This document shows positions 25,365 through 34,414 of a DNA stretch of 54,707 nucleotides, piece after piece. Under the pieces are notes generated by a model that was given only the letters and a program-made list of their open reading frames with translations, was not told the DNA's origin and made no database searches. Source of the DNA: an uncultured Verrucomicrobiota bacterium (GTDB taxonomy: Bacteria; Verrucomicrobiota; Kiritimatiellia; CAIKKV01; CAITUY01); NCBI GenBank assembly GCA_964584205.1, contig CAZOZF010000003.1, positions 5,476 to 60,182 on the forward strand, in the 5' to 3' direction. Every line of letters starts with the position of its first letter. The first letter of the stretch is position 1. The position numbers and the translations under genes are program-made.

Positions 25365-27110
25365 ATGTCGACTTTTTCCCAGAATTCAAGAATTTCGGAC
25401 ATTCTGATCCGGCGTGGCGCCATTACGGCGGACGCCTTAAAGCAGGCTCAGGAGCGTGCCCAACAGGCTTCCCTCAGGCTTGAGAAATACCTGCTCGACA
25501 ACGCGATCATCACTCCCGTGGAGGCGACTCTCAGTCTGGCGGAATATCTCCACATGGCGCCTATCACCCTGGCTCATTTTACGCCGAATCCCCAGGTTCT
25601 GGAAATAATTCCCGCCGACGTGCTTCGTAAACGGCTGGCGCTCCCCATGATGAAGGCGGGCGGCTCGTTGGTTGTGGCGTTGGGTGATCCGTTCGACATC
25701 CTGGCGATTGATGAGCTTCATATGATCACCGGGTTGCAGATCCTGCCGTTGGTTGCCTCTGAAAAGGAGGTTCAGGATGCCCTGGCAAAGGCCCTCACGC
25801 CGGTTGAGGTGGAATCCCAGATTAATCTCGAAGACATCATGAAGGATTCCGACAATGATATTCAGGTCGGAAGAGAGGAAAAACAGGAGCTCAGCCTCGA
25901 GGAGATGATGGAGAGCGCGGAAGGCGCCCCGGTCATCCGCATGGTGAATATGATGCTGGTGGAGGCCCTGCGAACCCGGGCCAGTGACATTCACATCGAG
26001 CCCCAGGAAAAAACGCTCCGGATCCGGTACCGGGTTGATGGATCCTTGTCTGAACGGCCGAGTCCGCCTAAAAGCTACCAGCCGGCAATCATCTCCCGCA
26101 TCAAGATCATGTCCGACATGGATATCGCCGAGCGGCGGATTCCGCAGGATGGCCGGTTCAGAATCAAGGCGCTGGGCAAGGAAGTGGATATCCGCGTCAG
26201 CATTCTTCCCTCCATTCACGGGGAAAAAGTGGTAATGCGCGTACTGGATAAAAGCGCTCTGTTCCCGAGCCTGGGAGGGCTGGGGCTGGAGGCGCACGCC
26301 TTCAAGGCCATGTCCTATGCCATCAGCCAGCCGCACGGGATTATTCTGGTGACAGGGCCGACCGGAAGCGGGAAAACGACCACCTTGTATTCCTGCCTCC
26401 AGGAATTGAACAAGCCCGATGTCAACATCGTGACCTGTGAGGATCCTGTGGAATACCAGTTGGTTGGAATCAACCAGATTCAGGTGAATGCGGGAGTCGG
26501 CCTGACGTTTTCGGCGGCGCTCCGGTCCATTCTCCGGCAGGATCCCGACATCGTTCTGGTGGGTGAAATTCGCGATGGCGAAACTGCCGAAATTGCGGTG
26601 AAGGCCGCGCTGACCGGGCATTTGGTATTGAGCACGCTGCACACCAATGATGCCGCCGGTGCCATTGCCCGGTTGATTGACATGGGGATTCCGCCCTTCC
26701 TGCTGTCCTCGTCACTGGTGCTGTCCCAGGCTCAACGCCTGTATCGGAAGCTTTGCACGGTGTGCCGTCAGCAGATTGAGCTGCCTGTGGACGTCCTGGT
26801 GGCGAACAAAATCGATCCGGCGTATTTTTTAAAAGCCGGCGAAACCAATACCGGATATGTTCCGGTTTACAAGGCGGTGGGGTGCCCGAAATGCAATCAT
26901 ACGGGATTCAAGGGGCGGGGCGCGATCATGGAAGTGCTCCCGGTTCTGGATAACATCAAGGAATTGATCATGAAGGGCGCGACCAGCGGGGAAATCCGGG
27001 AGGTGGCGTGCGCCAATGGCATGATTACCCTCAAGGAGGCCGGCTTGCAAAAAGTCAGGGAGGGGCTCACCTCGCTGGAGTCGGCCATGGAAATGACGGG
27101 CGGAGAATAG
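25365..27110 (+). CDS. Type IV pilus / type II secretion assembly ATPase (PilB/GspE family)
   Basis: 581 aa. It has an N-terminal T2SSE_N (MshEN-like) domain, Walker A GPTGSGKTTT, the motif VGEIRD and a tetracysteine motif CTVC...CPKCNHTGFKGR. Confidence 0.93.
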   Translation: MSTFSQNSRISDILIRRGAITADALKQAQERAQQASLRLEKYLLDNAIITPVEATLSLAEYLHMAPITLAHFTPNPQVLEIIPADVLRKRLALPMMKAGGSLVVALGDPFDILAIDELHMITGLQILPLVASEKEVQDALAKALTPVEVESQINLEDIMKDSDNDIQVGREEKQELSLEEMMESAEGAPVIRMVNMMLVEALRTRASDIHIEPQEKTLRIRYRVDGSLSERPSPPKSYQPAIISRIKIMSDMDIAERRIPQDGRFRIKALGKEVDIRVSILPSIHGEKVVMRVLDKSALFPSLGGLGLEAHAFKAMSYAISQPHGIILVTGPTGSGKTTTLYSCLQELNKPDVNIVTCEDPVEYQLVGINQIQVNAGVGLTFSAALRSILRQDPDIVLVGEIRDGETAEIAVKAALTGHLVLSTLHTNDAAGAIARLIDMGIPPFLLSSSLVLSQAQRLYRKLCTVCRQQIELPVDVLVANKIDPAYFLKAGETNTGYVPVYKAVGCPKCNHTGFKGRGAIMEVLPVLDNIKELIMKGATSGEIREVACANGMITLKEAGLQKVREGLTSLESAMEMTGGE

Positions 27111-27122
27111 CGGGAATCCACG

Positions 27123-28313
27123 ATGAGTCCAATCCTACGATCCAGTTCCCGGGGAAGCGTTCCGGCGGCAGTCGGCACGCGACCGTCTTCTCCTCCTGCA
27201 GCGCCGCCAAAGAAAACGATAACGGCCCAGGTTGCCCGGACGACGTCGAAGGCGAAACAGAAAATCCACGGGGCGAATAATATTCAGCGCAAGGAACTCC
27301 CCGGCTTTTCGCGCCAGATGGCGGCCATGCTCTCGGCAGGAATGCCGATTGTTGCCTCCCTGGAAACGCTTGAGGAGCAGGCGGTCAATCCCAATTTCAA
27401 GATTGCCATCGGGATGGTGAGGAAAAGCATCGAAAATGGGTCCTCGTTTTCGGAAAGCCTGCAGCAGTTGCCCCAGATCTTTGACGTTCTGTATGTCAAC
27501 ATGGTTCGGGCCGGGGAGCAAAGCGGTCAGTTTGCCGAAACCATGAAGCGGATCGGCGAATTGCTGGAGGCGACTGCCCGGTTGCGACGCAAGGTGAAAT
27601 CCGCCATGACCTATCCCGTTGTGGTGCTGTCCATGTCCCTGATTATCGCTTCGGGGATGATTATTTTCATCGTTCCGGTGTTTGCGGGGATGTTCAAGGA
27701 TTTTGGCGGGAAACTGCCGGCTCCGACCCAGTTTCTCGTGGATCTCAGCAATGGAATCAAGCATTACGCCTTGATCATCGTGCCTTCCATTATTCTCGCT
27801 GTCTGGCTTTTCAGGAAATGGAAAAAAACAGCATCCGGTGCCTGGGCGCTCGATCGGTTTGCGCTCAAGGCGCCCGTGTTCGGGATCCTGGTTCAGAAAG
27901 TGGCGGTGGCCCGGTTCTCCCGGACGCTCAGCCAGTTGGTTCAAAGCGGCGTGCCCATCCTGAACGCCCTGGAGATTGTCGCCAAGGCCGCCGGAAACCT
28001 GGTGATCGAGGCGGCGATCATGGATGCCCGCAAGGCGGTTGAACATGGCGATACGCTTTCATCCGGTCTGGATGGCAAGGACTGCATTCCGACCCTGGTG
28101 GTGAGAATGCTGTCGGCTGGCGAAAAAACAGGCAAGGTGGATGAAATGCTGGCCAGTGTGGCGGATACCTTCGATGATGAAGTCGAGACCATGCTCGCCT
28201 CCCTCACTTCGCTCCTGGAGCCGCTGCTCATGGTGTTCCTCGGGGTGGTCATTGGCGGAATCGTGGTCTGTATGTTCCTGCCCATCTTCAAGATGACGGA
28301 AGTCATCAAGTAG
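27123..28313 (+). CDS. Type IV pilus / type II secretion platform protein (PilC/GspF family)
   Basis: 396 aa with two T2SSF repeats (LSAGMPIVASLE... and LVQSGVPILNALE...) and three TM segments. Confidence 0.9.
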   Translation: MSPILRSSSRGSVPAAVGTRPSSPPAAPPKKTITAQVARTTSKAKQKIHGANNIQRKELPGFSRQMAAMLSAGMPIVASLETLEEQAVNPNFKIAIGMVRKSIENGSSFSESLQQLPQIFDVLYVNMVRAGEQSGQFAETMKRIGELLEATARLRRKVKSAMTYPVVVLSMSLIIASGMIIFIVPVFAGMFKDFGGKLPAPTQFLVDLSNGIKHYALIIVPSIILAVWLFRKWKKTASGAWALDRFALKAPVFGILVQKVAVARFSRTLSQLVQSGVPILNALEIVAKAAGNLVIEAAIMDARKAVEHGDTLSSGLDGKDCIPTLVVRMLSAGEKTGKVDEMLASVADTFDDEVETMLASLTSLLEPLLMVFLGVVIGGIVVCMFLPIFKMTEVIK

Positions 28314-28365
28314 ATCCCCTTTGTCGTTGCATCCCGGTATGATTTCCGCTTCAATCCGTGCCCTT

Positions 28366-29439
28366 ATGACCTCTATTCAGAGAACGCCTCTTTGTGATGC
28401 CCATGTCAGACTGGGTGCCCGCATGGTCGACTTCAGCGGGTGGTTTATGCCGGTTCAGTATGACGGGATTATGGCCGAGCATCACCGGACCCGGACGGAT
28501 GTGACGATGTTTGATACCTGCCACATGGGCCGGTTTTGGGTCGCCGGGCCGGGTTCGCTGGAGGGGCTCAGTCGTTTGTTGACCACCGATATCCGGGGCA
28601 TGAAGGCTGGACAATGCAAATATGGTTTTCTCCTGAATGAGGAGGGGGGGATCCTGGATGACCTGATCACCTACCGGTTCAATGTCGAACGCTGGCTGGT
28701 TGTGGTCAATGCCGGAACCCTGTCTCAGGATCGGGAGTGGATTCGGTCACGCTTGCCCGCCGGGGTCGCCTTTGAGGATGTCTCTACGCAGCTGGCCAAG
28801 ATCGATGTGCAGGGGCCTAATGCGTTTAGCAAGGTTCAGCAGGTTCTGGGCGTCGAGGTGGCCTCACTGGCCTATTTCAGGTTCAAGACATTTGATTTCG
28901 GCGGGGAGGCCATTGTCAGTCGAACCGGCTACACGGGCGAGAAAGGAGTCGAGTTGTATGTGGATGCAGCCCGGATCCTGGAGTTGTGGACCCGCTTTGT
29001 GGAGGCGGGCGTCAAGCCGGCCGGACTCGGGGCGCGGGATACGCTTCGGTTGGAGGCCGGGCTTCCTCTCTACGGGCATGAATTGTCAGGGGAGGTAACC
29101 CCGGTCGAGGCGGCGATGGAGCGATATGCCGCGAAGACGGAGCCCTATGTCGGGAGCGAGGCGGTGCGCCGTCATCGAGAACAGGGGCCGAACACGGTTC
29201 TGGTGGGGTTCAAGATCGAGGGACGCCAAGCCGCCCGTGCCGGGCAGGTGGTGCTGGCCGATGGCGGTCGCGTCGGGATGGTGACGAGCGGGTCATTTTC
29301 GCCGACGCTGCAAAGCGTCATCGGATTTGCCTATGTGGAACGGGCTCACGCGGTGCCGGGAACCCGGATCCAGGTGGATACCGGCCGGAACAGGCTGGAC
29401 GCAGAGGTGGTGAAAACCCCTTTTTACAAGGCTGTCTGA
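28366..29439 (+). CDS. gcvT: Glycine cleavage system aminomethyltransferase T
   Basis: Track ORF 28321 starts at TTG. I prefer ATG 28366 (MTSIQRTPLCDAHVRLGARMVDFSGWFMPVQY). It has the typical GcvT N-terminus and the motif SRTGYTGEKGVELY. Confidence 0.93.
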   Translation: MTSIQRTPLCDAHVRLGARMVDFSGWFMPVQYDGIMAEHHRTRTDVTMFDTCHMGRFWVAGPGSLEGLSRLLTTDIRGMKAGQCKYGFLLNEEGGILDDLITYRFNVERWLVVVNAGTLSQDREWIRSRLPAGVAFEDVSTQLAKIDVQGPNAFSKVQQVLGVEVASLAYFRFKTFDFGGEAIVSRTGYTGEKGVELYVDAARILELWTRFVEAGVKPAGLGARDTLRLEAGLPLYGHELSGEVTPVEAAMERYAAKTEPYVGSEAVRRHREQGPNTVLVGFKIEGRQAARAGQVVLADGGRVGMVTSGSFSPTLQSVIGFAYVERAHAVPGTRIQVDTGRNRLDAEVVKTPFYKAV

Positions 29440-29457
29440 AACAAGAAGGAGTGATAC

Positions 29458-29838
29458 ATGGCTTCGAATACTGTTTATTTCACGCGGGATCACGAGTGGG
29501 TGAAGGTGGAGGGGGACGAGGCGACGGTGGGGATTACCGACCACGCCCAGGAAGCCCTCGGGGATATCACCTTTGTGGAGTTGCCGAAAGTCGGCAAAGT
29601 CGTCAACGCCCATGATTCGCTGCTGGTGGTCGAGTCGGTCAAGGCGGCCAGCGATGTTTATGCGCCGGTTGCGGGTACGGTAAGCGCAGTGAACGGGAAG
29701 CTGGCCTCCGCCCCTGAATTGATCAACCAGGCCGCTCTTGGCGAGGGGTGGCTCTGCAAGCTGAAACCCTTTGATGGCGCCACGCTGGGAACCCTGATGA
29801 CGGCGGTCGAATACGAGGCCTTCCTGGCGGAGCACTGA
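29458..29838 (+). CDS. gcvH: Glycine cleavage system H protein
   Basis: 126 aa with the lipoyl-lysine motif VVESVKAASDVYAPVAG. Confidence 0.96.
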   Translation: MASNTVYFTRDHEWVKVEGDEATVGITDHAQEALGDITFVELPKVGKVVNAHDSLLVVESVKAASDVYAPVAGTVSAVNGKLASAPELINQAALGEGWLCKLKPFDGATLGTLMTAVEYEAFLAEH

Positions 29839-29839
29839 A

Positions 29840-31171
29840 ATGCCCTACATTCCCACTACCGATCTCGACCGGGAGGTCATGCTGAAAGCCATTGGCGTTC
29901 CGGATGTGGACGCCTTGTTTGCGGATATCCCGGCCTCCGTGCGGAGTCCGGGTCTTGCCCTGCCGGCAGGCCGGAGCGAGGCAGAGGTGTATGAGCATCT
30001 TCACCAGCTCTCGCGCCGCAATGCCCATGGCCTGATTTCCTTTCTCGGGGGCGGCTATTACGATCACTTTATTCCCGCCTGTGTGGATGAGTTGTCGGCC
30101 CGCAGCGAGTTCTATACGGCCTATACGCCCTACCAGCCGGAAGCCTCGCAGGGGACGCTTCAGGCGATTTTTGAATACCAGACTGCGATTTGCCGCATCA
30201 CCGATATGGAGGTGGCCAATGCGTCGCTGTATGACGGTGGAACGGCGCTGTACGAGGCCGCGATGATGGCGATCCGCCTCACGGGCCGCCGGAAAATCCT
30301 GCTCGACAGCGGGGTAAACCCCATTCACCGGAACATCCTCGTCAGTTACACCAGCAACCTGGCCGTTGACTTTGAGGAAATCCCGGTGGTGCATGGCCAG
30401 AGTGACCACGACCGGATTACCCGGGCGTTGGACGACACAACGGCAGCCGTTATTTTTCAGAATCCTAATTTTTTTGGCGCGGTGGATGATTTCACCGACG
30501 TCATTGAGACGGCGCACAAAAAGGGTTGTATGGCCATCATGTCGGTCTACCCGATTTCGCTCGGGCTGCTCAAGACTCCCGGTCAGATGGGTGCGGATAT
30601 TGTAACCGGTGAGGGGCAGAGCCTCGGGTTGCCGCTGTCTTTCGGCGGCCCCTATCTGGGATTTATGGCAACCCGCATGGAGCATGTCCGCAAGATGCCC
30701 GGCCGGATTGCCGGGGCCACGCTGGACGGCGCCGGGCGCCGTGGGTTCGTGCTGACCCTTCAGGCCCGCGAGCAGCATATCCGCCGTGAAAAGGCGATGT
30801 CGAACATCTGTTCCAATGAGGCCCTGTGTGCCCTGCGTGCCTTGATCTACCTGTCCTGGCTGGGGAAGCACGGATTCAAGGAGCTTGCGGAAACCTGTGC
30901 CCTGAAGGCGGAATACGCCAAGACCCGGCTCAGCGCCATTCCCGGCGTTGAGGTCAAGAAAAGTGCCCCCACCTTCAATGAATTCACGATTGAACTTCCC
31001 TGCGAGGCGAGCGGGGTCGTGTCGCGTATGATCGATCGCGGGTTTTCCCCCGGGTTTCCCCTGGGCCGGTACTATAAGGGGATGGATAATTATCTTCTGG
31101 TCGCGGTCACCGAGAAACGGACCCGTGAGCAAATCGGCATGTTCGCCGAGGCGCTGGAGGGCGTGTTATGA
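29840..31171 (+). CDS. gcvPA: Glycine dehydrogenase (decarboxylating) subunit 1
   Basis: 443 aa with FYTAYTPYQPEASQGTLQAIFEYQT, typical of the split P-protein alpha subunit. It overlaps gcvPB by 4 nt. Confidence 0.95.
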   Translation: MPYIPTTDLDREVMLKAIGVPDVDALFADIPASVRSPGLALPAGRSEAEVYEHLHQLSRRNAHGLISFLGGGYYDHFIPACVDELSARSEFYTAYTPYQPEASQGTLQAIFEYQTAICRITDMEVANASLYDGGTALYEAAMMAIRLTGRRKILLDSGVNPIHRNILVSYTSNLAVDFEEIPVVHGQSDHDRITRALDDTTAAVIFQNPNFFGAVDDFTDVIETAHKKGCMAIMSVYPISLGLLKTPGQMGADIVTGEGQSLGLPLSFGGPYLGFMATRMEHVRKMPGRIAGATLDGAGRRGFVLTLQAREQHIRREKAMSNICSNEALCALRALIYLSWLGKHGFKELAETCALKAEYAKTRLSAIPGVEVKKSAPTFNEFTIELPCEASGVVSRMIDRGFSPGFPLGRYYKGMDNYLLVAVTEKRTREQIGMFAEALEGVL

Positions 31172-32622
31172 GCAAGTTGATTTACGAAAAATCCGCGCCC
31201 GGTCGGCGGGCCGATAATCTGCCGCGCCTGACTCCTGCGGAGGCCGCCGTGAAATTGCGGATTCCTCATAAATATTTCCGGGGGCAGGCGGCCGAACTTC
31301 CGGAGGTCTCGGAACTCGATGTGGTTCGGCATTTCACCAATTTGTCCCGGAACAACTTCAGCGTGGATGCCAATATGTATCCGCTGGGTTCCTGCACGAT
31401 GAAATACAATCCCAAGGTCTGCGAGCGGATTGCGTCGCTGGACGGGTTTGCCTCTTTGCATCCGCTGCTTCCCCAGCTTCGAGGCGGCGGAATGCTCACG
31501 CAGGGTGCCCTGGAAGTCCTGTTTGAAACCGAACGCTGGTTGGCTGAGATTGTGGGCATGGACGGGTTCAGTCTTCAACCGATGGCGGGATCGCATGGGG
31601 AACTGACGGGCATGATGTTGGTGGCCGCTTATCACAAGAATAAGGGGAACCGGAAAACCAAGGTTATCATTCCCGACTCCGCGCACGGAACCAACCCGTC
31701 CAGTGCGGCGATTGCAGGGTATACGGTGATCAGTATCCCCACCGGCCCGGATGGCGGGATTGATCTGGCCCGCTATGAGGCGGCGCTGGATGACGAGGTG
31801 GCGGCGGTGATGCTTACTTGTCCCAGCACGCTGGGCCTGTTTGAGCGTGATATCCTGAAAATTGCCGAACTGGCCCACAAGCGCGATGCGCTTCTGTATT
31901 ATGATGGAGCCAACCTGAATGCCCTGCTGGGCCGCTGCCGGCCGGGGGATCTGGGCTTTGACGTGGTTCATGTGAATCTGCACAAGACCTTTGCAACCCC
32001 CCATGGTGGTGGCGGGCCCGGCTCCGGGCCGGTTGGCGTAAAGGCGAAATTGATTCCCTTTCTCCCGACCAGCATTGTGGTCAAGCGGGCCGATGGCACG
32101 TTTGCGCTTGAGTATGAGCGGCCCCTGAGTATTGGCTATATCGCCTCGTTCTACGGAAATTTCGGGATCATTTTGCGGGCCTATGCGTATATGCTGCTCC
32201 TGGGCGGTGAAGGGATGAGGCGGGTGAGTGAGAATGCCGTGTTGAACGCCAATTACATCCAGGCCCGGCTCAAGGCGCGCTACGACCTGCCTTATAACCG
32301 GCTGTGCATGCATGAATGCGTATTCAGCGCCTCGCGTCAGGCGGCGAAGGGGGTTCATGCCATCGATGTGGCCAAGGCTCTGATCGAACGGGGACTCCAT
32401 CCGCCCACTGTCTATTTTCCGCTCGTGGTCAAGGAGGCGCTGATGATTGAGCCGACTGAAACCGAGTCCCGGGAGCAGATGGATGAGTTGATTGACATGA
32501 TGCTTGAAATCGCTGATCTGGCGGATCGGGATCCCTCGCAGTTTCCCGCCATGCCGCGCAACACGCCGGTCGGCCGGTTGGATGAAGTCAAGGCGGCCAA
32601 AGACATGCGTTTCAAAGCCTAA
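31168..32622 (+). CDS. gcvPB: Glycine dehydrogenase (decarboxylating) subunit 2
   Basis: 484 aa with the PLP-lysine region VHVNLHKTFATPHGGGGPGSGPVGV. Confidence 0.95.
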   Translation: MSKLIYEKSAPGRRADNLPRLTPAEAAVKLRIPHKYFRGQAAELPEVSELDVVRHFTNLSRNNFSVDANMYPLGSCTMKYNPKVCERIASLDGFASLHPLLPQLRGGGMLTQGALEVLFETERWLAEIVGMDGFSLQPMAGSHGELTGMMLVAAYHKNKGNRKTKVIIPDSAHGTNPSSAAIAGYTVISIPTGPDGGIDLARYEAALDDEVAAVMLTCPSTLGLFERDILKIAELAHKRDALLYYDGANLNALLGRCRPGDLGFDVVHVNLHKTFATPHGGGGPGSGPVGVKAKLIPFLPTSIVVKRADGTFALEYERPLSIGYIASFYGNFGIILRAYAYMLLLGGEGMRRVSENAVLNANYIQARLKARYDLPYNRLCMHECVFSASRQAAKGVHAIDVAKALIERGLHPPTVYFPLVVKEALMIEPTETESREQMDELIDMMLEIADLADRDPSQFPAMPRNTPVGRLDEVKAAKDMRFKA

Positions 32623-32623
32623 G

Positions 32624-33547
32624 TCACCGCAGTGATTCAATCAGATCGCGCATATCCGCCGGCAGGGGTGCCTCGAAGGACAGGGATTTTTCCGTGACGG
32701 GATGGATGAAGGATAATCGGGCGGCATGCAGCATTTGCCGGGTGGGAACGGAGCCGGGCAGACTATCGCGACGGGGTCGTCCATAGCTGGGGTCGCCGAT
32801 AATGGAGTGGCCGAGGAAGGCCATATGGACGCGGATCTGGTGGGTGCGGCCGGTTTCAATACGGACACGCAACAGGGAGGTTGCCGCGAATTTTTCCTGG
32901 GTATCGTAAAGCGTGATGGCCGCGCGACCAACATGGGGCTTTGTGCACATTTTCTTCCGGTCGTTCGGATTTCTTCCGATGAGGGTTTCCGCACGTCCGG
33001 CTGACGGGTTCAGGTGGCCCCATACGAGCGCCAGGTATTCCTTGGTCACCTGCCGGTGCCGGAATTGATTCATCAGCGAGCGCATGGCCGTCTCGTTCTT
33101 CGCCACCACCATCACCCCCGTGGTATCGCGGTCGAGGCGATGCACAATGCCCGGCCGCTTCTCCCCGCCGATGCCGGCAAGATCGGGGCAGTGGGCGAGC
33201 AGGGCGTTGACGAGGGTTCCGGAGGCGTGGCCGGCGGCGGGGTGGACGACCAGTCCGGCGGGTTTATTGATCACAATCAGATCGGAATCCTCGTACAGGA
33301 CGTCCAGCGGGATGGCTTCCGGCTTCAGTTCGATCACTACGGGCGGGGGAATGGAGAGGGTGACGGTTTGACCGACCACCAGTTTATGGCTGGGCTTGGA
33401 GGGCTTCCCGTTCAGGAGAATATGTCCCTCTTGAATAAGAGTCTGGATGCGGGCCCGGGACAGGTCGGGCGCCTGTGTGCTCAGCCAGGCGTCCAGTCGT
33501 TTTCCGGCGCCTTCAGGAGTGGAACGATAATGGCGGATTGTGTCCAT
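32624..33547 (-). CDS. rluD: RluA/RluD-family 23S rRNA pseudouridine synthase
   Basis: Track ORF 32624..33616. I prefer ATG 33547 (MDTIRHYRS...). It has an S4 domain (KRLDAWLS) and the catalytic motif GIVHRLDRDTTGVMVVAK. Confidence 0.88.
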   Translation of the reverse strand: MDTIRHYRSTPEGAGKRLDAWLSTQAPDLSRARIQTLIQEGHILLNGKPSKPSHKLVVGQTVTLSIPPPVVIELKPEAIPLDVLYEDSDLIVINKPAGLVVHPAAGHASGTLVNALLAHCPDLAGIGGEKRPGIVHRLDRDTTGVMVVAKNETAMRSLMNQFRHRQVTKEYLALVWGHLNPSAGRAETLIGRNPNDRKKMCTKPHVGRAAITLYDTQEKFAATSLLRVRIETGRTHQIRVHMAFLGHSIIGDPSYGRPRRDSLPGSVPTRQMLHAARLSFIHPVTEKSLSFEAPLPADMRDLIESLR

Positions 33548-33560
33548 TGATATCCGGTAT

Positions 33561-34328
33561 TCAGGGGCGTGGAACGGATTGTGTTTTGAGCGACGGGGTG
33601 GGGTGATGTCGCACAAACCACCAGAGAATCAGTCCCGCCGTCATCAGGATCAGGCTGATTTCCTGGGCCACATTGAGAGCGCCCAGGCGCATGCGGTCAT
33701 CGCCCCGGATGAATTCCAGCAGAAACCGGATGATCGGGTAGATCACCAGATAAAGGGCCAGAACCGTGCCATTCCGGGCCTTGCGACGAATCAGGTAGAA
33801 CCAGGTCAGGAACGCATAGAGGCTCAGATTCAAGAGGGCCTCATAGAGCTGAACCGGGTAATGAGCCAGGCCGCAGGTCAGTCCCGACGGATGGGGCGCG
33901 AGCGCGCCTCCGCAGCAGCCGTTAAGAAAACAGCCGACCCTGCCAAAGGCATGTCCAAGCGGAAGGGCAGTGATGGTGAAGTCGGCAAGATCAAGGGGAT
34001 TGATCCGCCGCCACCGGGCCACGATGAAAAATAGGATCGCGCCCCCGATAAAGCCCCCGTAATAAATCAGGCCGCCCTGGTCAATCCGGATGATTTCCTG
34101 GGGAGCGGCGCGAAAATAATCGAAATTGGAAAGGACATAGGCAATGCGGGCGCCGACGATGCCCCCGATCATGAGCCAGAAGGCGAGGTCTCCGGCCAGG
34201 GAAACATCCCGGCCGGTTCGCCGGCCCAGCCAGTGCCAATGGGAAATTCCCGCCAGAAAGGCGAGCGCCATCAGCACGCCGTACCAGTAAATGGGGTGGG
34301 ATCCGATGTGAAAGCAGACGGGATTCAT
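33561..34328 (-). CDS. lgt: Prolipoprotein diacylglyceryl transferase
   Basis: Track ORF start 34346 is TTG. I prefer ATG 34328 (MNPVCFHIGSHPIYWYGVLMALAFLAG). It carries the motif GHAFGRVGCFLNGCCGG. Confidence 0.9.
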   Translation of the reverse strand: MNPVCFHIGSHPIYWYGVLMALAFLAGISHWHWLGRRTGRDVSLAGDLAFWLMIGGIVGARIAYVLSNFDYFRAAPQEIIRIDQGGLIYYGGFIGGAILFFIVARWRRINPLDLADFTITALPLGHAFGRVGCFLNGCCGGALAPHPSGLTCGLAHYPVQLYEALLNLSLYAFLTWFYLIRRKARNGTVLALYLVIYPIIRFLLEFIRGDDRMRLGALNVAQEISLILMTAGLILWWFVRHHPTPSLKTQSVPRP

Positions 34329-34414
34329 AACGTTAATCGACCTCAATTTCTATAGACATGGAACCTCATAATAGGCAGAATCGCCGCTCTAAAACAATAG
34401 GTTTAGGGATAAAT

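Noticed and set aside
28314-28365. Looked for a glycine riboswitch upstream of gcvT, a ZTP/pfl motif upstream of the purH-like gene (36779-36792, 38131-38166) and a purine riboswitch upstream of purB/purM
   Set aside because: The gaps are only about 14-94 nt, and none contains the conserved cores I know for these aptamers. The gcvT leader is too short for even one glycine aptamer.
32620-32626. Convergent gcvPB and rluD stop codons separated by a single nucleotide, leaving no room for terminators
   Set aside because: This is real in the sequence, but tight convergent packing is common in compact bacterial genomes. I see no hairpin spanning the junction that would suggest a bidirectional terminator or antisense regulation.
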